In this document: in pieces, positions 10,998 through 23,598 of the stretch | Position numbering within the stretch: position 1 is the first letter of the stretch | Layout: the number at the start of each line of letters is the position of its first letter | Source of the DNA: an uncultured Acidobacteriota bacterium | GTDB lineage: Bacteria; Acidobacteriota; Vicinamibacteria; Vicinamibacterales; SCN-69-37 | Direction of reading: 5' to 3' | DNA length: 64,000 nt | NCBI GenBank assembly: GCA_963751445.1 | Contig: CAVVUL010000013.1 | Coordinates: 5,552 to 69,551 of the forward strand | Position numbers and translations under genes: made by a program | The notes under the pieces: model-generated | What the model saw: only the letters and a program-made list of their open reading frames with translations | The model's database searches: none | Told to the model about the DNA's origin: nothing

Positions 10998-12202
10998 TTA
11001 TCTCCCCAAACTGCGTTCAGATGGCACCACCGGCAGCGTGACTTTGAAGGTCGTGCCGCGGCCGGGCGCCGACGAGGCGTCGATACGTCCGTCGTGGGCG
11101 TCCACGACGTTGCGCACAATGGCCAGGCCCAGGCCGGTGCCCTGCGGCTTCGTGCTGAAGAACGGGCTGAAAATGCGTTCGAGATCCTCCGGCGCGATGC
11201 CGGGCCCGTTGTCGTGCACTTCCACGACGACCTGCGGCGGCTGCGGATCGGCGCCGAGGGATTCCTCTTCGCCGGGCAGCAGGCAGCGCGCGGATGTCCA
11301 CGTGGCCCTCGCCGCCGAGCGCCTCGAAGGCGTTCGCCAGCAGGTTCGAGAACAACTGGCGCAGCTGATGCGGGTCGGCCAGCAGTTCCGGCACATCGGT
11401 CTCGATGCTCGTGTTGATGGAGACCGAACCGCGGCGCATCTTGCCCTCCGCGAGCGTGATCGAGTCTTTCAACACTTCGTTCAAATCAGCCCGCTCGACC
11501 TGCAGCTGGATCGGCCGGACGAATTCGAGGACTTCGACCACGATGGCGTTCGCCATCTTGGCTTCCTTGATGATGTCGGTCAGGATGTCGAGCGCGTCCT
11601 CGCGGTCGTGGAGTTGCCGCTTGAGCACGCCGGCCATGACCTCGATGCTCGCGAGCGGGTTCTTGACTTCGTGCGCGATCGCGGCCGCCATCTCGCCGAG
11701 CGCGGCGAGCCGGTCGCGCAGGCGGTCCCGCTCTTCCATCTGCTCGACCCGCGTCAGGTCCTTGAAGAACATCGTCGCGCCCACCATCCGGCCGTCATCG
11801 TCATGGATGTGGGACAGGGTGTAGCCCATCGCGCGGCCGGTCTTGCGCAGGCGCATTTCGGCGCGGTTGGGGAGGTCGTTGACTGTCGAAGGCCTGCTGG
11901 AGGACCCGCATGACTTCCGGCACGTCGTGCAGGACCTCCGCGAAGGGCTGGCCGATGTAGTCCCGCCGGCCGGGCAGGGCCAGCACACGGTAGGCCATGT
12001 CGTTCATGGCCGCGACGCGGCCGTCCCGGGTGATGGCCAGGACGCCCGTGCGGAGGTTGAAGACCAGGTGCCGGAAGAACCGGTCCCCGAGGAGGTCCTC
12101 GGATTTCGGGCGCCCCAGAACCGGTTCGGCCGGCAACCGGTTCTTGGAGACCCGGTCGGGCCGTTCTGAGCTGATGATGCCAGTCTGACGCGCCATTATC
12201 AT
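10998..12202 (-). CDS. PAS-domain sensor histidine kinase, no obvious TM segment (frameshifted)
   Basis: PAS-like GVLAITRDGRVAAMN, H-box IAHEVKNPLA, N-box NLLANAFEA, DNGPGI, PFFSTKPQGTGLGL. Confidence 0.9.
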
Positions 12203-12232
12203 GTCCCGCTCCTGCGGGCGGACAATGTCAAG

Positions 12233-12248
12233 GCAATCCTTGTGCCCA
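12233..12248 (-). promoter_or_regulatory. Sigma54 -24/-12 promoter
   Basis: Minus strand TGGGCACAAGGATTGC = GG-N10-GC with GGCAC...TTGC, about 30 bp upstream of the kinase gene. Confidence 0.75.
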
Positions 12249-12362
12249 CCCAGTTGGCCGGTTTACCCACCAAAACCGTGCGTAGGTTGTTATCGGCAAC
12301 TGGGAAAAACGGTCTAGGCGATTACAGAAAGGGTAGACAATTACAAAATAGTAACAGAATTG

Positions 12363-14384
<2,022 letters not shown>

Positions 14385-14546
14385 GCCAAGACATGATAGC
14401 GGCCGCGGCCCTCAGGCGCCCTATACTGAGGTTATCCAAGGAGTTCCGCCCGTACAGGCCGGTACTCCCATTGGGCCGTCTAACCCGGCAGAGGCGCTGG
14501 GAGACGGTCTGCAGGCTGTTCCCGGCGCTCGAGGCGCCCCATAGGC

Positions 14547-15157
14547 ATGACCCGGACGGATGAGGAGCTCGTCGCCCTGGCGACGGCGGGAGATTTGGAC
14601 TGCTTCAACCAGCTGGTCGCCCGCTGGGAGCGGCCGATTTACGCCTTGGCCTACCGGACGCTGGGCCGCGAAGAAGAAGCCCGCGACGTCGTCCAGGAAG
14701 CCTTCCTCCGGGCCTTCCGGGGGCTGCAGAAGTTTTCGCGGCGACGCGAAGTTCTCGTCCTGGCTCTACCGCATCACGCTGAACCTGTGCCGCGACTGGA
14801 TTCGGCGCGAGCGCCGGGCGCCCATCGCCCAGATGCCGGAAGGCGTGGACGCGATGGACGTGGCGGACGAACACGTCGTCGCCGACCGAATCGGTCGAGG
14901 ACCTGGTCGCGCGGCGCGAGATGTCGGAGGCCGTCTCGCGAGCGATGGCGGAACTGCCGGAAGAGCAGCGCATGGCGATCCTCCTGAAGGAGTACCACGG
15001 CCTCACGTTCCAGGAGATTGCGGATCAGTTGAACTGTCCGCTGAGCACGGTGAAGACGCGGCTCTACCAAGGCTTGTCCGTCCTGCGGCGGCGTCTCGAG
15101 CGGCGCCAGTCCGAAGAAGCGAGCCTGAGGCGGGCGACGTGGGAAAGCACGAGCTAG
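14547..15157 (+). CDS. ECF sigma-70 factor (frameshifted)
   Basis: DEELV..F..LVARW, DVVQEAFLRA, FSSWLYRITLNLC, LTFQEIADQLNCPLSTVKTRL. Confidence 0.9.
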
Positions 15158-15212
15158 AACGACGGGAACGACTGGGGAACGAACGGGAACGACGGGAACT
15201 GGGGAACTGAAC
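15157..15212. repeat. Family D short tandem repeat (GGGAACGAC/GGGAACTG units), single arm
   Basis: Fills the sigma/anti-sigma intergenic gap; 15185-15207 is identical to 43021-43043. Confidence 0.85.
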
Positions 15213-15896
15213 ATGTGCAATCAACGTGAACGGCTGATTGGGTATCTCTACGGCGAGGGCGACGCGGCTGACCGCGCCGAGGTGCAGCGGCACGTCGATG
15301 AGTGCGCTGACTGCCGGGCCGAGATGGCCGGCCTCCGTTCGGTCCGCGAGGACCTGCTGGCGTGGGACGTGCCGGAGCATCAGTCCGTGTGGCGGCCGTT
15401 CGTCGCCGCGCCCGTGATGCCCTGGTGGAAGCAGGTGCCGGCGTGGGCCATGGCGGCCGCCGCGGGCGTGATGCTCATGCTCGGCGCGGCCGGCAGCGTT
15501 GCCGTCCACGCGTTCGCGCCCGACCAGACGATGGTGCGCCAGTCGGAAACGGTGGCGGTGCCCGGCAGGCCCGTGCTCACCGCGGCGGATCTCTCGGCGG
15601 CCGAGCAGCGGATCCTCGCGTCGGTGGAGCAGCAACTCGGCGTCGTGGGTGCCCGGGTGCAGCAGGTCTCGAACCGCTCGCAGTCGGTGAAGGCGCTCGA
15701 AGGCGATCACAGCGCGCTGGCCGACGAAGTGCTCAAGTTGCAGCAGGAGAACCGCGCCCAGCTGGATGCACTCAAGAGCATCTACGCCAGCCTGGATCAG
15801 ATGCGCACCACATCGGCGGCACGGAACACGAATCTGAAAACAGAGATCGACAATCTTCGCAGCCTGGTTGTGTCCCAGCTGCAACTGAATCGGTAA
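15213..15896 (+). CDS. Zinc-finger (ZAS) membrane anti-sigma factor
   Basis: HVDECADC (HxxxCxxC), one TM helix, C-terminal coiled coil; directly follows the ECF sigma. Confidence 0.85.
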   Translation: MCNQRERLIGYLYGEGDAADRAEVQRHVDECADCRAEMAGLRSVREDLLAWDVPEHQSVWRPFVAAPVMPWWKQVPAWAMAAAAGVMLMLGAAGSVAVHAFAPDQTMVRQSETVAVPGRPVLTAADLSAAEQRILASVEQQLGVVGARVQQVSNRSQSVKALEGDHSALADEVLKLQQENRAQLDALKSIYASLDQMRTTSAARNTNLKTEIDNLRSLVVSQLQLNR

Positions 15897-15910
15897 GACG
15901 GAGGCAGAGC

Positions 15911-16619
15911 GTGGTATTTCGAAGCATCGTCGTCGCAGGGATCCTCGGCGTGGCCAGCGCGGCGTCTGCGCAGACGCCGGTGGACGTGCAGGTGTCGCAG
16001 GACACGCTTCGGCCAGGTGCAGGCGTTCGAGAACAACCTGCGCGTGGCCATCGAGCGGGCGGGCGCTCAACTGGGCGAGCGCGCCCGCCAGGTCGTGCCG
16101 GACATCAGCCTCCGATTCGAGACGCAGCCGAAGGTGACCGGCTTCGTGCTCCCGGAAGGCGAGGGTATTCTGTTCGCCATCGAAGTGCCGGGCATCGAGG
16201 GCTCGAGCGTCATGTTGTGGGAGATGTCCCGACGCATGGCGCAAAACCCCAATGCGCAGAATCCGAATCTCCCGCGGATGGGCAATGGGGTCAATCCGCC
16301 GAATCCAGCCAGTCCGTCGATGCCGGTCCCTGCCGGCGTCGTCGGCGTGATGATCACCAACCCCGAACAGGAATACTCCGAGTACACGCGCCAGGCGCTC
16401 CTCGACGCGATGCTGGACCAGGCGTTCGCGCTGCCGCTCAAAGAGAACCAGACGCTCACGCTGAGCGTCGGTGTGGCGGAAGTGGCTCCGGCCAACCCGC
16501 TGGCGGCGATTCCGCGCCGGCTTTACCTCCGCTTGAAGGGCGAGGACCTGCTGGCCCTCCGCCAGAACCGCATCACCCGGGACGAGGCCAAGAAGCGCAT
16601 CCTGGAATTCCGGTACTGA
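15911..16619 (+). CDS. Hypothetical secreted protein (frameshift near 16010)
   Basis: GTG start, signal peptide VFRSIVVAGILGVASAASAQ joined to ORF 16017..16619. Confidence 0.6.
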
Positions 16620-16636
16620 TCTACAATCCCGCCAGT

Positions 16637-17158
16637 ATGCGATGGCGGTCGCCAGTCGTTGCCGTTGCCTGCCTCTGGCTGATCGCAAGCTGGGGGTGCG
16701 GGCCCCAGCCTGATCTCAAGTCGGTCAAACTGATTCCCGGGATCTCGGGCTACTACGACGCCGGCGTGGTCCGGGAGGGGCCGGAAAAAGGCCAGAACAA
16801 ACTCGTTCCAGCGGTCACGTTCCAGCTGAAGAACGAAGGCAGCCTGCCCATTGAATACCTTGACCTGGTGATCGCCTACTGGCGGATCACCGACGATGGC
16901 GAGAAGGACTCCAAGCTGATCCAGGGCATCGGCCGGACCCCGTTGGCGCCCGGCGCCACCACCGAGACGATCACCGTGCGATCGGATGTGGGGTATACGT
17001 CCCCGCAGGCTCGGGCGGAGTTCTTCGTAAGTTCCTATTTCGTCGATTTCAAAGTGAAGGTCTTCGCGAGGCGATCCGGCAAGATGGCGTCGCTCGGGGA
17101 GTTGCCCGTGGAACGGCGCCTGTTGCCAGCCGCCCGTCAAGACGGCCCTCGCCCGTGA
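16637..17158 (+). CDS. Hypothetical lipoprotein
   Basis: MRWRSPVVAVACLWLIASWG-C lipobox-like N-terminus; 3' part of ORF 15362..17158. Confidence 0.65.
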   Translation: MRWRSPVVAVACLWLIASWGCGPQPDLKSVKLIPGISGYYDAGVVREGPEKGQNKLVPAVTFQLKNEGSLPIEYLDLVIAYWRITDDGEKDSKLIQGIGRTPLAPGATTETITVRSDVGYTSPQARAEFFVSSYFVDFKVKVFARRSGKMASLGELPVERRLLPAARQDGPRP

Positions 17159-18570
17159 GTCGGTCGCTGTCCGCCCAACCATCACGCCCGCCTGAAATCA
17201 CCCTCGAACGCCGGCTCGGGCCGTTCGACGCGGCCGCCATTGTCGTGTCGAACGTCATTGGCGGCGGCATCTTCTTCGTGCCGATCATCGTCGCCGGTCT
17301 CGTCCCGTCCGGCGCGTCGATGATCGGCGTGTGGATCTTTGGAGGCGTGCTCGCGTTTGCGGGCGCGATGGCCTACGCCGAACTGGCGACCCTGCGGCCG
17401 AGATCCGGCGGCGAGTACATCTATCTTCGCGATGCCTACGGCCCGATGGCCGCGTTTCTGACGGGCTGGACGTCCTTCGTCGCGGGCTTTTCCGGCGCGA
17501 TCGCCGCCAGCGCCGTCGCGCTCGCGGAATACATCGGCCGTTTCGCGCCCGCCGCCGCCAACCAGACGCCGCTGCTGAGACTGCCGATCCCGATCGTGGA
17601 CCTGGTCGTCACGCCCCAGGCGCTCATTGCCATTGCCGCGATTGTGGCGTTGTCGTTCGTGCACCTGCACGGATCCGGTCGCGTGGTGCACAACATCCTG
17701 GCCGGGGCCAAGGTCTCCGCCCTGCTCGTCTTCATCGCGCTCGGGTTTGGATGGGGCCACGGATCGTGGGGCAACCTGACGGGCGCGCACGACGTGGCCA
17801 ATGTCAGCACGGGCTGGTTACTGGCGCTCGTGCCCATCATGTTCACCTACTCCGGGTGGAATGCCGCGGCGTACGTCGCCGAGGAAATCCGCAACCCCAG
17901 CCGGAACGTGCCCCTCGCGCTGGGCCTGGGCACGGTCGGCGTGGTGGCGATCTACATTGCGCTCAACGCGCTCTACCTCTACGCCATGCCGATTGGCGAT
18001 CTGTCGGCACTGAGCGGGCGCTTGACGGATATCGTGGCCGAGCGCCTGTTTGGATTCGTCGCGGGCAACGTGATCGCGATCTTCACGATCATCAGCATCG
18101 CGGCGAGCATCAGCGCCATGGTGATGGCCGGGCCCCGCGTGTACTACGCGATGGCGCGGGATCACATGTTCCTGGAAGCCGCCGCCAAGGTCCATCCGAA
18201 ATATCGCACGCCGGTCCTCGCGATCTTCGCGCAGGCCGCGTGGAGCAGCCTGCTGGTGCTCTCGGGGTCGCTGCCCAAGCTCGTGAACTACACCGGATTT
18301 GCCGTCGTGCTGTTCTCGGGGTTTGCGGTGCTGTCCGTGTTCGTGCTGCGCCACCGCGAGCCGAAGGCGGAACGGCCGTTCAAGGCGCTCGGCTATCCGC
18401 TGGCGCCGGGTTTCTTCGTGCTGGCCAGCGCGGTGATGGTCGCGCGCGAATTGATTACCAACACGGGGACGACGCTGGCCGGACTGGCCGTCATCGGGGC
18501 GGGCGTGCCGATTTATTTCGTGTTCACGTGGCGTGAACGGCGCCGGCATGCGCCGGCGCCCCGGGCCTAG
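17155..18570 (+). CDS. APC-family amino acid permease
   Basis: VSNVIGGGIF, YAELATLRPRSGGEYIYL, YSGWN..EEIRNP, about 12 TM segments. Confidence 0.93.
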   Translation: MSRSLSAQPSRPPEITLERRLGPFDAAAIVVSNVIGGGIFFVPIIVAGLVPSGASMIGVWIFGGVLAFAGAMAYAELATLRPRSGGEYIYLRDAYGPMAAFLTGWTSFVAGFSGAIAASAVALAEYIGRFAPAAANQTPLLRLPIPIVDLVVTPQALIAIAAIVALSFVHLHGSGRVVHNILAGAKVSALLVFIALGFGWGHGSWGNLTGAHDVANVSTGWLLALVPIMFTYSGWNAAAYVAEEIRNPSRNVPLALGLGTVGVVAIYIALNALYLYAMPIGDLSALSGRLTDIVAERLFGFVAGNVIAIFTIISIAASISAMVMAGPRVYYAMARDHMFLEAAAKVHPKYRTPVLAIFAQAAWSSLLVLSGSLPKLVNYTGFAVVLFSGFAVLSVFVLRHREPKAERPFKALGYPLAPGFFVLASAVMVARELITNTGTTLAGLAVIGAGVPIYFVFTWRERRRHAPAPRA

Positions 18571-18601
18571 ATGTCGGCCGGCCCTGCAGGGCCGGTGGGC
18601 C

Positions 18602-19597
18602 CTAGTTCACTTTCTTCAGCGTGATGCGCACGGTCTGCGTCTTGCCGGACGCGACCACGATTTCCTGCGTGTAGTTCTGGTACCCGTCCGCCTTGATGCC
18701 GAGCACATGCCGGCCGCTGTCGATTTCCAGGTGGTCGTTCAAGCCGTCGAACTCATCGACCGTGCCCACCAGCGCGTTGTCGATGTAGACCTTGGCGGTC
18801 TTGGGCGTGGTCAGGATGCGCACGTCTCCGGTCGTCTTGCGCGCCTTCGCTTCGCCGCCACCCCCGCCACCGATGTCCACGCCGAAATAGGCGGGCGCAG
18901 AGTAGGCACCCCAGCAGTACCCATACGGGTCATACCAGGGACCGTAGATGCCCCAATTCCAGCACGTCGCGCCGTAGTACCACGGGTTGTAACCCATGTA
19001 GCCCGCGTACCAGCCGAAGCCGGACGAGTACCACGGATAGTAGCCGCCCCACGGACCGTAGAACGGGAACGACACGTAATCGCCGCCGCCACCGAATTGC
19101 CCGGGTTGTCTCATCGTGGCCAGGCCCGTGATGGGCTGGTCGCCGCGTGGTCTGGCCGCCGCCGCCACGCTCGATGAGAACGTGTCAGAACCGGCCGCCC
19201 GCCGGCCCGAACCGGAATCAACCAGTGCGGTGCCGCCAGCCGGGACGGCCACGGCCACGCCACCGGGGGAGGGCGCCGATCGTGCCGCGCCGCTGTTGAC
19301 GCCGCCGCCTCGCACCGCGCCGGCCGAGCGCGAACCGCTGTCCGACGAACCACTGGGGATCCGGCTCGGCGACCCGCCCGAGGACCCGCCTGAAGGCGCC
19401 GACGGCGGCGCGGACACCCCAGACCCGCCGACCGCACCTCCGCCGCCACCCGAACCCGACGAACCCGACGAACCTGACGAACCCGACGAACCCGACGAAC
19501 CCGATGTCCTCGGTATCGCCTGCCCGTTGGCCAGCACCGGGATCGCTAATGCCACGACGACGCCGAGAGAGGCGATGAGATAAATGGGCTTAGCCAT
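18602..19597 (-). CDS. Secreted PEGA-domain protein with Gly/Ser-rich and Tyr/Trp/Gly-rich low-complexity regions
   Basis: Signal peptide MAKPIYLIASLGVVVALAIPVLA; C-terminal TPKTAKVYIDNALVG..GRHVLGIKADGY (PEGA). Confidence 0.78.
   Translation of the reverse strand: MAKPIYLIASLGVVVALAIPVLANGQAIPRTSGSSGSSGSSGSSGSSGSGGGGGAVGGSGVSAPPSAPSGGSSGGSPSRIPSGSSDSGSRSAGAVRGGGVNSGAARSAPSPGGVAVAVPAGGTALVDSGSGRRAAGSDTFSSSVAAAARPRGDQPITGLATMRQPGQFGGGGDYVSFPFYGPWGGYYPWYSSGFGWYAGYMGYNPWYYGATCWNWGIYGPWYDPYGYCWGAYSAPAYFGVDIGGGGGGEAKARKTTGDVRILTTPKTAKVYIDNALVGTVDEFDGLNDHLEIDSGRHVLGIKADGYQNYTQEIVVASGKTQTVRITLKKVN
19452..19505. repeat. Coding 9-bp tandem repeat (GSS)n
   Basis: GAACCCGAC repeated about 6 times, encoding SGSSGSSGS. 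Confidence 0.8.
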
Positions 19598-19645
19598 GGC
19601 ATCTGCTCCCGAGGCCCTGCGCAGACCTCTGTCGGGTGGTTCAAC

Positions 19646-19661
19646 TGCAAGTCTACGGCCA
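19646..19661 (-). promoter_or_regulatory. Sigma54 -24/-12 promoter
   Basis: Minus strand TGGCCGTAGACTTGCA (GG-N10-GC), about 50 bp upstream of the PEGA gene. Confidence 0.65.
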
Positions 19662-19774
19662 GCGGCCCCTGACCGCAATCGGCCAGATCCTGGCGGTCCG
19701 GGGGCCTCCGGGAGGGGAATTGTCCTGTCGCGGTGCCCTCCCGGGCGGACGAAAACTCCGATACGATGCGGGGA

Positions 19775-20308
19775 ATGCAGCTATCGCACGCCACGACCGT
19801 GCTGGGCGTCCGCCACCAGGGCAAGGTCGTGCTGGCCAGCGACGGCCAGGTCACATTGGGCCAGACCGTCGTGAAGCACCAGGCGAGGAAGGTCCGTCGC
19901 CTGTACCACGACAAGGTTCTGGCCGGCTTCGCGGGCACGGCGGCCGACGGCTTCGCGCTGTTCAGCCGCTTCGAGAGCAAATTGGAGGAGCACCGCGGCA
20001 ACCTCGAACGCGCCGCGGTGGAACTGGCGCGCGACTGGCGCACCGACCGCGCGCTGCGCCGTCTCGAGGCCATGATGCTCGTCGCCGACACGCGCGTCAT
20101 GTACCTGGTGTCCGGCACCGGTGACCTCATCGAACCGGACGATGGCGTGATGGGGATCGGGTCGGGCGGGCCATTCGCGTTGGCGGCCGCGCGCGCCCTG
20201 GTCCGCCACAGCCCGCTCGATGCGCGCGCGATTGTCGAACGGGCGATGGCCATCGCCGCCGAGATCTGCATCTACACGAACAGCCACCTCGTCATCGAAG
20301 AACTCTGA
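19775..20308 (+). CDS. hslV: ATP-dependent protease subunit HslV
   Basis: [46 protein letters not shown]. Confidence 0.96.
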   Translation: MQLSHATTVLGVRHQGKVVLASDGQVTLGQTVVKHQARKVRRLYHDKVLAGFAGTAADGFALFSRFESKLEEHRGNLERAAVELARDWRTDRALRRLEAMMLVADTRVMYLVSGTGDLIEPDDGVMGIGSGGPFALAAARALVRHSPLDARAIVERAMAIAAEICIYTNSHLVIEEL

Positions 20309-20310
20309 TC

Positions 20311-21702
20311 ATGACCGCAGTGCCGTTGCCCTCCTTGCCGGCGCCCGCCGGTTCGTCGCTGACGCCGCGTGAAATCGTCGCCGAGCTCGACAAGTACGTC
20401 GTCGGACAAGCCCGCGCGAAACGCGCCGTCGCGATTGCGTTGCGCAATCGCTTCCGGCGGCAGCGGCTGTCGCCGGAGCTGGCGGAGGAAGTCGCGCCGA
20501 AGAACATCCTCATGATCGGGCCGACCGGCGTCGGCAAGACCGAGATTGCCCGGCGGCTCGCGCGCCTGGCGCAGTCGCCGTTTCTCAAGATCGAGGCGTC
20601 GAAATTCACCGAAGTCGGCTATGTCGGCCGCGACGTCGAGTCGATGGTGCGCGACCTGGCCGAGATCGCCATCAAGATGGTGCGTGAGGAGCGCGAGGCG
20701 GACGTGCGCGACAAGGCCCGCCGGGCGGCTGAGGAGCGGCTCCTGGACTTGCTGCTGCCGCCGTCAGTCGCCTCCCCGCTGGGTGAGGGATCGACGGACG
20801 CGGAGCTGGTGCGCGAGCACCAGACGACCACACGCGAACGGCTGCGCGAGCAGCTGCACGCCGGCCGCCTCGATACGAAGGCCGTGGAGATCGAGACGCG
20901 CGATCGCTCGATGCCGTCCTTCGAGCTGATCCAGGGCGGGTCGATCGAGGAAATCGGCGTCAACCTGCGGGACATGATGCCGGGCATGTTCCAGGGCCGC
21001 ACGCGCAGCCGGCGGATGCCCGTGCCCGAGGCGTTCGACTACCTGACGCAGGAAGAGGCGCAGAAGCTCATCGACATGGACGCGGTGTCGCGCGCCGCGC
21101 TGAGCCGCGTCGAGGATGCCGGCATCATCTTCCTGGATGAGATCGACAAGATCGCCGGCCGCGAAGGCGCCCACGGGCCCGACGTGAGCCGGGAGGGCGT
21201 GCAGCGGGACATCCTGCCGATCGTCGAGGGCACCACCGTCAACACGAAGTACGGCATGGTGCGCACCGACCACATCCTGTTCATTGCCGCCGGCGCGTTT
21301 CACGTCTCCAAGCCGTCCGATCTGATTCCGGAACTGCAGGGGCGGTTCCCGATTCGCGTGGAGCTCGACGCGCTCGGCAAGGACGAATTCGTGCGCATCC
21401 TGACGGAGCCGAAGAACGCGCTGATCCGGCAGTACACGGCGCTCATGGAGACCGAGGGCGTGACGCTCGCGTTCGCGCCGGCCGCGATCGAGCGCATCGC
21501 GGAACTGGCGACATTCGTCAACGAGCGCACCGAGAACATCGGGGCGCGCCGGCTGCACACCGTGCTGGAGCGCCTGCTGGACGAGGTGTCCTTCCACGCT
21601 CCCGAATTGGGCGGCCAATCGATTACGATTGACGCGCCCTACGTGGACCGCATGCTCGAAGACATTGCCAAGAGCGACGATCTGTCGCGATACATCCTGT
21701 GA
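20311..21702 (+). CDS. hslU: ATP-dependent protease ATPase HslU
   Basis: [41 protein letters not shown]-terminal DLSRYIL. Confidence 0.97.
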   Translation: MTAVPLPSLPAPAGSSLTPREIVAELDKYVVGQARAKRAVAIALRNRFRRQRLSPELAEEVAPKNILMIGPTGVGKTEIARRLARLAQSPFLKIEASKFTEVGYVGRDVESMVRDLAEIAIKMVREEREADVRDKARRAAEERLLDLLLPPSVASPLGEGSTDAELVREHQTTTRERLREQLHAGRLDTKAVEIETRDRSMPSFELIQGGSIEEIGVNLRDMMPGMFQGRTRSRRMPVPEAFDYLTQEEAQKLIDMDAVSRAALSRVEDAGIIFLDEIDKIAGREGAHGPDVSREGVQRDILPIVEGTTVNTKYGMVRTDHILFIAAGAFHVSKPSDLIPELQGRFPIRVELDALGKDEFVRILTEPKNALIRQYTALMETEGVTLAFAPAAIERIAELATFVNERTENIGARRLHTVLERLLDEVSFHAPELGGQSITIDAPYVDRMLEDIAKSDDLSRYIL

Positions 21703-22814
21703 GCCTGCCTCGCGCCGCCTCCGTCATCGTCGCGATGGGCCTCGGGTTCGGCGCCGTGGCCTGCGGGCACAAAGGCCCGCCGCAGGCGCCGTTGCGGCCG
21801 GTGCCGGTCGCCGTGTCGGCGTGGTCGGTCGAGCGCATGGGCGCCGCCGTCCGCCTGCAGTTCACCGTGCCGGACGCCAACCGTGACGGGTCCACGCCGC
21901 CGGCCGTCGATCGCGTCGAGATCTTCGCCCTGTCACAAGCCGCTGATGCGACGCCGCCGACCGGGGCTGCCGTCGCCGTGCCCGCGAATCTCATCGCCAC
22001 CGTGAGCGTGAAATCGGCCGAGCCGCCCGCGCCCGGTGCGCCGCCCGATCCGCGGCCTGCGGCCGGCGAGGTCGCCTCGCACGTTGATGCCGTCGCGGCA
22101 TCGGCCGGCGAGTCCGCCACCCCGATGGTGCGCTACTACATGGTCGTGCCCGCCGCGGGGCGCCGGCGCGGTCCGGCGTCGGCCATCCTGCCCGTGCCGT
22201 TGTCGGTGTCGCCCGCGGCTCCGACCGGCGTGAAGGCTGACTACACCGAACAGACGCTGACCGTGGCGTGGGACGTGTCAGCGCCGGGTCAGCGCTACGT
22301 CATCGAGGAGACGGACGAGCGCGGCGCCGGGGCCACGCGGCTGTCGGGCGCGCCGCTCGACGCCGTGACGTTCGACCTGCCGGTGCAGTTCGGGCAGGTG
22401 CGGTGCTTCGCGGTGCGCGCCGTGGAGACGCGCGGCGCCGTGTCCGTGATCGGCGAGCCGTCGCCGCCCGTCTGCGTGACGCCGCGGGATCGTTTTCCAC
22501 CGCCGGTGCCGACCGGCCTGCTCGTCGTGCCTGGCGACGGCGCCATTGAACTGGCGTGGACCGGCGTGGCGGCCCCCGACCTCGCCGGCTATGTCGTGCT
22601 GCGCGGGGATGGCGCGAACGGCGCCCTGCAGCCTCTGACGCCGGCGCCCCTGGCCGCCGCGTCGTACCGCGACACGACCGTGCGCGCGGGCGCGACGTAC
22701 GTGTACGCCGTGATCGCGGTGGACACGGCGACGCCGCCCAATGCGAGCGCGACGTCCGATCGGAAGGTCGTGTCGGCCCGCGCGGCCACGCCCCGTACCC
22801 CTGTCGAAAGGTGA
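21699..22814 (+). CDS. Lipoprotein with fibronectin type III-like domains
   Basis: Lipobox [13 protein letters not shown]; FN3-like P.APTGV...W and PPVPTGL...LAW...GYVV.R...Y.YAV.AVD. Confidence 0.72.
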   Translation: MSLPRAASVIVAMGLGFGAVACGHKGPPQAPLRPVPVAVSAWSVERMGAAVRLQFTVPDANRDGSTPPAVDRVEIFALSQAADATPPTGAAVAVPANLIATVSVKSAEPPAPGAPPDPRPAAGEVASHVDAVAASAGESATPMVRYYMVVPAAGRRRGPASAILPVPLSVSPAAPTGVKADYTEQTLTVAWDVSAPGQRYVIEETDERGAGATRLSGAPLDAVTFDLPVQFGQVRCFAVRAVETRGAVSVIGEPSPPVCVTPRDRFPPPVPTGLLVVPGDGAIELAWTGVAAPDLAGYVVLRGDGANGALQPLTPAPLAAASYRDTTVRAGATYVYAVIAVDTATPPNASATSDRKVVSARAATPRTPVER

Positions 22815-22821
22815 GACCCCG

Positions 22822-23598
22822 ATGACGCGTTTGTATCGAATCCTGCATGACGGCGCACCGCGCTACGCGGTCGAACGCGACGATGTCTGGCGGCTCGTGG
22901 ACGGCGACGTGTTCGGCCGGTTCTCGAAGGGCGGGGCGGAAATCGACGGCGCCACGGCGCGCATTCTCGCGCCGGTCCTGCCGTCGAAGATCGTCTGCGT
23001 CGGGCTGAACTACCGGGACCACGCCGCCGAGCAAAACAAGCCGCTGCCGCCCGAACCGCTCCTGTTCATCAAGCCGTCAACGAGCGTGATTGGCCCGGGC
23101 CAGGCGATCGAGGTGCCGGCGTGGGCCGGGCGCGTCGATCACGAGGCCGAACTGGGCGTCGTCATCGGCAAGGTCGCGCGCGACGTGTCCGCCGCCCAGG
23201 CCTACGACCATATCCTCGGCCTCATCGCGGTCAACGACGTGACGGCCCGCGACCTGCAGAACAAGGACGGGCAATACACCCGCTGCAAGGGCTTCGACAC
23301 GTTCGCCCCGATCGGCCCGTGCATCGCCGTCGGCCTGGACGGGAAGGATCTGGCGGTGCAGGGGTTCGTGAACGGCATGCTGCGCCAGAATTCCCGGAGC
23401 CGCGAGCTGATCTTCACGATTCCGGAACTCGTGCAGTTCATTTCCTCCGTCATGACGCTGCTCCCGGGCGATATCATTTCGACCGGCACGCCGTCGGGCA
23501 TCGGCCCGATTCGGCCCGGGGATCAGGTCACCGTGCACGTCGAAGGCGTCGGCGCGCTCACGAATCCGGTTGTGGTCAGGGAAGGGTCCGCATCATGA
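22822..23598 (+). CDS. Fumarylacetoacetate hydrolase family protein
   Basis: KIVCVGLNY, DHEAELGVVIG, NDVTARD, KGFDTFAPIGP, TGTPSG. Confidence 0.93.
   Translation: MTRLYRILHDGAPRYAVERDDVWRLVDGDVFGRFSKGGAEIDGATARILAPVLPSKIVCVGLNYRDHAAEQNKPLPPEPLLFIKPSTSVIGPGQAIEVPAWAGRVDHEAELGVVIGKVARDVSAAQAYDHILGLIAVNDVTARDLQNKDGQYTRCKGFDTFAPIGPCIAVGLDGKDLAVQGFVNGMLRQNSRSRELIFTIPELVQFISSVMTLLPGDIISTGTPSGIGPIRPGDQVTVHVEGVGALTNPVVVREGSAS

Noticed and set aside
14450-14484. Autoregulatory ECF promoter (CGTCTAA) upstream of the sigma gene
   Set aside because: The -10-like element is present but there is no AAC-type -35 at the expected spacing.
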